A stretch of 32,000 nt of DNA from Candidatus Heimdallarchaeota archaeon (GTDB lineage: Archaea; Asgardarchaeota; Heimdallarchaeia; Heimdallarchaeales; Kariarchaeaceae): the NCBI GenBank assembly GCA_030149205.1, contig JASBSB010000006.1, positions 1-32,000 of the forward strand, read 5' to 3'. The translations under genes were made by a program, and so were the position numbers. Of the stretch, positions 28,000-32,000 are shown in pieces. Each line of letters opens with the position of its first letter. Position 1 is the stretch's first letter. The notes below the pieces were generated by a model. The model worked only from the letters and a program-made list of their open reading frames with translations. It was not told where the DNA came from and ran no database searches.

Positions 28000-28716
28000 G
28001 TGGCATTAAAACTATCTAATACATTCCGTACAAAAACTACACTATTCATTGATTTTGATGGAACAATAGTTGATTATAGACAAAACGAGATTAAGGCATT
28101 ACTAGCATTGATGGAACCTTTTAAGCTCGACAACAAAAAGCTGGATCAATTTATTTCGGCATATCAGAGAATTAATACTCAATTATGGGGAGAATACAGA
28201 AAGCAGAAAATAACAGTTGATATTCTTAGAGTCAGAAGATTTGAATTGGCATTGGAGGAAGCTCAAATCAAAAACATAACAGCTGAAAGTTTAAGTGTTA
28301 AATATCTAGAACATTTTATCGACAATGTTGAAATTGATAGCTCTATTTACAAAAAACTTGAAAAATTAAAAAACAACAATTTTAAGATTTATATTCTTAC
28401 AAATGGGTTTGAGTCAACTCAGAACAAACGAATTGACAGACTTAAGCTTAATAGAGTTATTGACGGGTATGTTACAAGTGAAAGAGCTGGAAAAGCCAAA
28501 CCAGATCCTGCAATGTTTCAACTTGCCATGAGAGAAGCAAACTCAAGACCAGAAGAAACTGTAATGATAGGTGATTCCTTTGAAGCAGATATTCTTGGGG
28601 CAAACCAACAAAGAATCTTTGGGATCCATCTTAGTGAAGAAGAACCACAAGTTGTAAATGAATGGTATCTCTCAACAAAAAATCTTGATGATGCATTGGA
28701 TTTATTTCTAATCTAA
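28000..28716 (+). CDS. HAD-IA hydrolase, YjjG-like pyrimidine 5'-nucleotidase
   Basis: FIDFDGT (motif I), ILTNG (II), KAKPDP (III), MIGDSFEADILGA (IV); INTQLWGEYRKQKIT cap typical of the YjjG group. Confidence 0.9.
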   Translation: MALKLSNTFRTKTTLFIDFDGTIVDYRQNEIKALLALMEPFKLDNKKLDQFISAYQRINTQLWGEYRKQKITVDILRVRRFELALEEAQIKNITAESLSVKYLEHFIDNVEIDSSIYKKLEKLKNNNFKIYILTNGFESTQNKRIDRLKLNRVIDGYVTSERAGKAKPDPAMFQLAMREANSRPEETVMIGDSFEADILGANQQRIFGIHLSEEEPQVVNEWYLSTKNLDDALDLFLI

Positions 28717-28913
28717 GCTTAGGTACCTAGAATTTGAATGAAATGAACATTGAATCAACCTGGGGTTAACCGTTATCTCTTACTTGTTCATATTATTTCC
28801 GGTGTTAAAAGAAACAGTTCCAAGCATTAACCTTATACTAATCTTTGCTTCACCTATTTTAACCGTAAGCTAATTTTCGAAGCTGTAGCGATTCACACGG
28901 GTCATAAAAAAGC

Positions 28914-29318
28914 TTAGCCCATTAAACCAGCCTTTGTAAGGATAATATCAATTTTTCTTTCAACTGTTTTGATTTTATCTATATCTAAAGCTATCACCCT
29001 CTGTGGGTTCCCAAAAGCCTCATAGGTTAACTGACTGATCTGTTCCAATGCATTTGTCAATTGGGTGGTATCTGTTTTTCCAGTCGTGATTGCAGTAGAT
29101 ATATAATTATAATGCTTTTTAACCTGAATCTTAACATCAATTGGATTATTCATCTCCTCTCTAAGTATAGATGCAATATTCATCAGTCTTGCTCCACTAG
29201 ATTCTTGTGCTGCAACCAATCCACTTACAACCTGAGGATCTAATAGTTTTGAGGGATCGTAAGATCTATGAACAAAACATGGCCCCTGAGGAGATGATAC
29301 CAAAAGATGAGTTAACAT
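28914..29318 (-). CDS. Stand-alone longin-like domain protein (Asgard-type)
   Basis: 134 aa; MLTHLLVSSPQGPCFVHRSY...DPQVVSGLVAA matches the longin-type beta1-G-beta2 followed by the D..L.SG...A helix; C-terminal helical hairpin. Confidence 0.65.
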   Translation of the reverse strand: MLTHLLVSSPQGPCFVHRSYDPSKLLDPQVVSGLVAAQESSGARLMNIASILREEMNNPIDVKIQVKKHYNYISTAITTGKTDTTQLTNALEQISQLTYEAFGNPQRVIALDIDKIKTVERKIDIILTKAGLMG

Positions 29319-29349
29319 GGCTTCTCAGTTTAACGAATAATTTTTACAA

Positions 29350-29359
29350 TATATAATAA
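29350..29359 (-). promoter_or_regulatory. Candidate TATA box for the longin gene
   Basis: Minus strand ttttatatat lies 32-41 nt upstream of the ATG at 29318, consistent with a short 5' leader. Low specificity in AT-rich DNA. Confidence 0.35.
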
Positions 29360-29461
29360 ATGAAGCTTTCTCTGTGTTATATGGGTAGTACAAAGGTCGT
29401 TTATTAAATAGATTAGTTGTAAGACTATAAAATTCGGATATCAGGGGCGTTATGTGTAAAT

Positions 29462-30088
29462 TTAAATCTTGTCAACTACTCCGGTGATCTGTCCATTTTT
29501 AAATCCAAATATCTCCCAAACTGAATTTTTCTGTCCTGACATACCAGGAGATCCAGCTGGCATACCTGGTAGAGTAATCCCGCTGAGATCAGAAGTAGAG
29601 TTTAGAAATTTCTCTAAAGAGGGGAGAGGAATATGTCCCTCAGAAAAGTATCCATTAACCTTAACAGTGTGACACGATTGATAATTTCGTCCGATTCCCA
29701 TCTGTTTGAATAGGTCATTCCTGTTGGGTACTACATTATCTTGTACTTTTACTCCATTGGTTTCTAGATATTGCATGTAAAGGTGACAGCAACTACAGCT
29801 TGCTTCTCGGAATATTGCAATTTCAAGTGTATAAGTTTTTGAAAGAGTGGGAATATTTGGAGTGCTGGAATCGAGAGGTGTTTGTAAATTGGTAACTGGG
29901 TTGGAAAAGAAACCAGAGAAAATTAATCCAAACACAATCAAGAGTGCTAAACCACCTATAAATAGGATGTTAGAAGATCCACTGTTTCCGTTAACCTTCT
30001 TTTTTGAGATTGTTCTGTCCAAAAATTGTTTTTTAGACTCAGCAATCATTTTTTCAACATTCGCATCTATTGGGTCTTTCTTAGACAT
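29462..30088 (-). CDS. Membrane-anchored DUF411 (CopG-like) metal-binding protein
   Basis: One TM helix; SCSCC, SCHT, EGHIP, GMPAGSPGM are DUF411 hallmarks. Confidence 0.88.
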   Translation of the reverse strand: MSKKDPIDANVEKMIAESKKQFLDRTISKKKVNGNSGSSNILFIGGLALLIVFGLIFSGFFSNPVTNLQTPLDSSTPNIPTLSKTYTLEIAIFREASCSCCHLYMQYLETNGVKVQDNVVPNRNDLFKQMGIGRNYQSCHTVKVNGYFSEGHIPLPSLEKFLNSTSDLSGITLPGMPAGSPGMSGQKNSVWEIFGFKNGQITGVVDKI

Positions 30089-30285
30089 CAGATTCTATCA
30101 AAAAATTGACCTAATAAACTTATGTTCTTTTTTTGAGTATAGTGAAATATATCAAAATTAAATATATCAGTTTATGACTGATTAGTCGTTGATATGTAGT
30201 AAAGTCCTCTCAAAGATTACATTTTGAAAGTAAATTATTTGATTCATTCTACGGTGATTGGGTACTACAAATGGTCTCATTCAAC

Positions 30286-30978
30286 TCAGGAACTGGTAGG
30301 GATGACTCTAAATACCTTATGATCTTTGTGATATCTATCGATACTAACAGATTTAGAAACTGTAAAGTCCTTGGATTCTAGTATCCGACTCTGTTCCCTG
30401 AAAATCTGTTCTGGGGATTTTGTTTGTGATATTGACTTAGATTTTATGGCAATTAATCCCTCACCCTCCAGTAAAAAGGCATTTAAGTTTCTTACAAAAA
30501 GTTCGGCTTGGTTGGGTTGAGCCACATCACAGAATACAAAATCCACGCAATCCACCAATTCTGTGTACTCTTCGGGATATCTAGCATCCCGATGAAGTGG
30601 GATAATGTTTTCTCTTCTGATAGATAGATTCAAAAGGTCTCTCATAGGAATTGGAGCAAATTCAATTGCGAAAACGATTCCTTCTGTTACAATATCACTG
30701 ATGTGAGATACGGTTGTCCCAGAGGATGCGCCAAGATACAACACCTTAGAGTTTCTCTTAAGATTATCAATCGTCATATTTTGGAGAATACTGGCTGCTA
30801 CCTTAGATCTTTTGAATGAAAATTCACGAAGCTCTCCAAATTCTGTTTGAAATAATCGCTCTCCATATACAGAGGTACCTTTAATCATATTCTGAGTTGC
30901 CAATCTGACACCCAATATTCCTTCAACGGTATAAAGTCCAGCAATTTTTGGGTGTGGTTTAAATCTTTCTTCCATCAT
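30286..30978 (-). CDS. flpA: Fibrillarin-like rRNA/tRNA 2'-O-methyltransferase
   Basis: SVYGE, RSKVAA, VLYLGASSGTTVSHISD, FAIEFAP, DARYP, DVAQPNQA, IKSKSI, YHKDH. Confidence 0.97.
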   Translation of the reverse strand: MMEERFKPHPKIAGLYTVEGILGVRLATQNMIKGTSVYGERLFQTEFGELREFSFKRSKVAASILQNMTIDNLKRNSKVLYLGASSGTTVSHISDIVTEGIVFAIEFAPIPMRDLLNLSIRRENIIPLHRDARYPEEYTELVDCVDFVFCDVAQPNQAELFVRNLNAFLLEGEGLIAIKSKSISQTKSPEQIFREQSRILESKDFTVSKSVSIDRYHKDHKVFRVIPTSS

Positions 30979-32000
30979 CTTCTCTGTCTCCTCCTTTTCT
31001 TCCCTTGATTAGATTTGTTCCTTTTGTATGACTGTTTAGACTGCCTAAGGAATCTTTCTGGTGCTTTTGGAAATCTTTCTCTAAGCGTCTTAGAATAATC
31101 AATCAGTCCTTTTCTAATCTCAGTCCCTCTGTTTTCTCCTTTGAAAAAGTCTAATTTTGTCGCAATTGCTATTTTTGCTGAAAAGGCTCTTGCCATCTTA
31201 CCGCGGAGCCAGAAAGGCATGGTTCCCACTTCTGGGATCTGAAAGATTATTCCGTGCTTTGGTGTTTTTCCCCTTGATTTGATTGCCTTGTAAAGTGCCT
31301 TTTCCGCTCCAAGTGTCTGTATTTTTCCAGCAGGAGAAAAAGCGAGTTCTTTCAGACTTCCTGCCTGAGAAATTAATCTAGCCCCAACATTAGTTCCAGC
31401 AACTGCTGAGAGATTTGGAGCTATGTCCACCATTGTTTCACTGATCCAGTTCTCTAACTCAGTCTTTTGTTGGTAGACCCCTACTACCTCATTTGCCAGT
31501 GATTTTAACATAGCATAATCAATGGAGTCGAAATCTGCACCTAGGGATGTTTCTCGTGAATTCAAGATTAATTTTGATATTTCTGAGTCTAATCCTTGAT
31601 CATTTAGAACATTTAAACTCAGTTCAGATTTATCTGGACACGCTGAAATTACTCTAGCCAGAGTATGGGAAGTCCTTATAAAAACAAGAATTTCTGGAAA
31701 ATGTAAGGAATAGATCTCCTGTAACCGGATTCCAAGTTGAATGTAAGATCGCTGAAGTTCATCAACAGTTAACACTGCTTGAGCAATCAATGTGTCTCTT
31801 CCCTGTGAAAACTGTCTTACTGAGTCACGAGAGAGCTCTATGGCTTTTTCTCTCACCAGATCATAATAATCTGCAAGTTCACCAATAAACATAGAATTAT
31901 TGAGTAGAAATTCAAACCGATTATTACGAATCTTCTTCAACACAATATTTGAGAGATCAAGCTTTTTATTGATATGATCAGAGAGAGTCTCATAAACCCA
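30975..32000 (-). CDS. nop5: C/D box RNP protein Nop5 (Nop56/58), 5' part beyond the window edge
   Basis: YSLHFPE, APNLSAVAG, GARLISQAGSL, IQTLGAEKALY, PKHGIIFQ, RGKMAR, basic tail. The frame stays open to nt 32000; 4-nt ATGA overlap with fibrillarin. Confidence 0.96.
   Translation of the reverse strand, partial: WVYETLSDHINKKLDLSNIVLKKIRNNRFEFLLNNSMFIGELADYYDLVREKAIELSRDSVRQFSQGRDTLIAQAVLTVDELQRSYIQLGIRLQEIYSLHFPEILVFIRTSHTLARVISACPDKSELSLNVLNDQGLDSEISKLILNSRETSLGADFDSIDYAMLKSLANEVVGVYQQKTELENWISETMVDIAPNLSAVAGTNVGARLISQAGSLKELAFSPAGKIQTLGAEKALYKAIKSRGKTPKHGIIFQIPEVGTMPFWLRGKMARAFSAKIAIATKLDFFKGENRGTEIRKGLIDYSKTLRERFPKAPERFLRQSKQSYKRNKSNQGKKRRRQRR

Noticed and set aside
28713-28729. Overlapping perfect palindromes ctaagcttag and taggtaccta at the HAD stop codon
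   Set aside because: Only 10 bp each, with no recurrence or loop; compatible with chance.
24825-30088. Copper-resistance cluster formed by the YHS and DUF411 genes
   Set aside because: They are 4.5 kb apart on opposite strands with unrelated genes between, and no Cu-ATPase or oxidase is present.
1357-30161. Numerous 60-120 aa ORFs antisense to or nested in called genes (e.g. 9482-9838, 12916-13107, 14155-14400, 20963-21262, 25108-25338, 29847-30161)
   Set aside because: Shadow ORFs overlapping well-supported genes, with no motifs of their own.
30089-30285. C/D box sRNA next to fibrillarin/Nop5
   Set aside because: No RTGATGA...CTGA pair with suitable spacing seen on either strand by eye; a covariance or snoscan-type search was not possible.

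Overview
Archaeal chromosomal window, probably from an Asgard lineage. The nop5-fibrillarin pair at the right end indicates an archaeon, and a stand-alone longin-like gene suggests Asgard; the taxonomy is inferred. Three zones are visible. (1) 1-14.1 kb is an AT-rich surface-glycan locus under active remodelling: GT4/GT2 glycosyltransferases, a Gfo/Idh/MocA oxidoreductase, a DegT aminotransferase, an LpxA-like acyltransferase, a CapD/PglF-type dehydratase and a flippase. It also holds two related IS5-like elements in inverted orientation and three pseudogenes absent or fragmented in the ORF track (a GT4 paralog, an AsnB-type amidotransferase and a probable nucleotide-sugar dehydrogenase). (2) 14.2-19 kb holds a GC-rich secreted GH13 alpha-amylase, a DoxX-like protein, a thioredoxin-like protein and an alpha/beta hydrolase. 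An AT-rich islet follows (about 19.1-23.1 kb) with a decayed ABC/SMC-type ATPase, an overlapping three-gene operon ending in a GNAT toxin-like gene, and a wHTH-PLD nuclease; a membrane-anchored HEPN-like gene lies next to it. (3) 24.8-32 kb is housekeeping: YHS protein, two MFS transporters, HAD nucleotidase, longin, DUF411, fibrillarin and Nop5 (cut by the window edge). Best leads: a gnnA/gnnB/lpxA-like trio in an archaeon, the three-gene GNAT module, and the TM-HEPN and wHTH-PLD candidates. All family calls come from motif recognition by eye, not from database searches.
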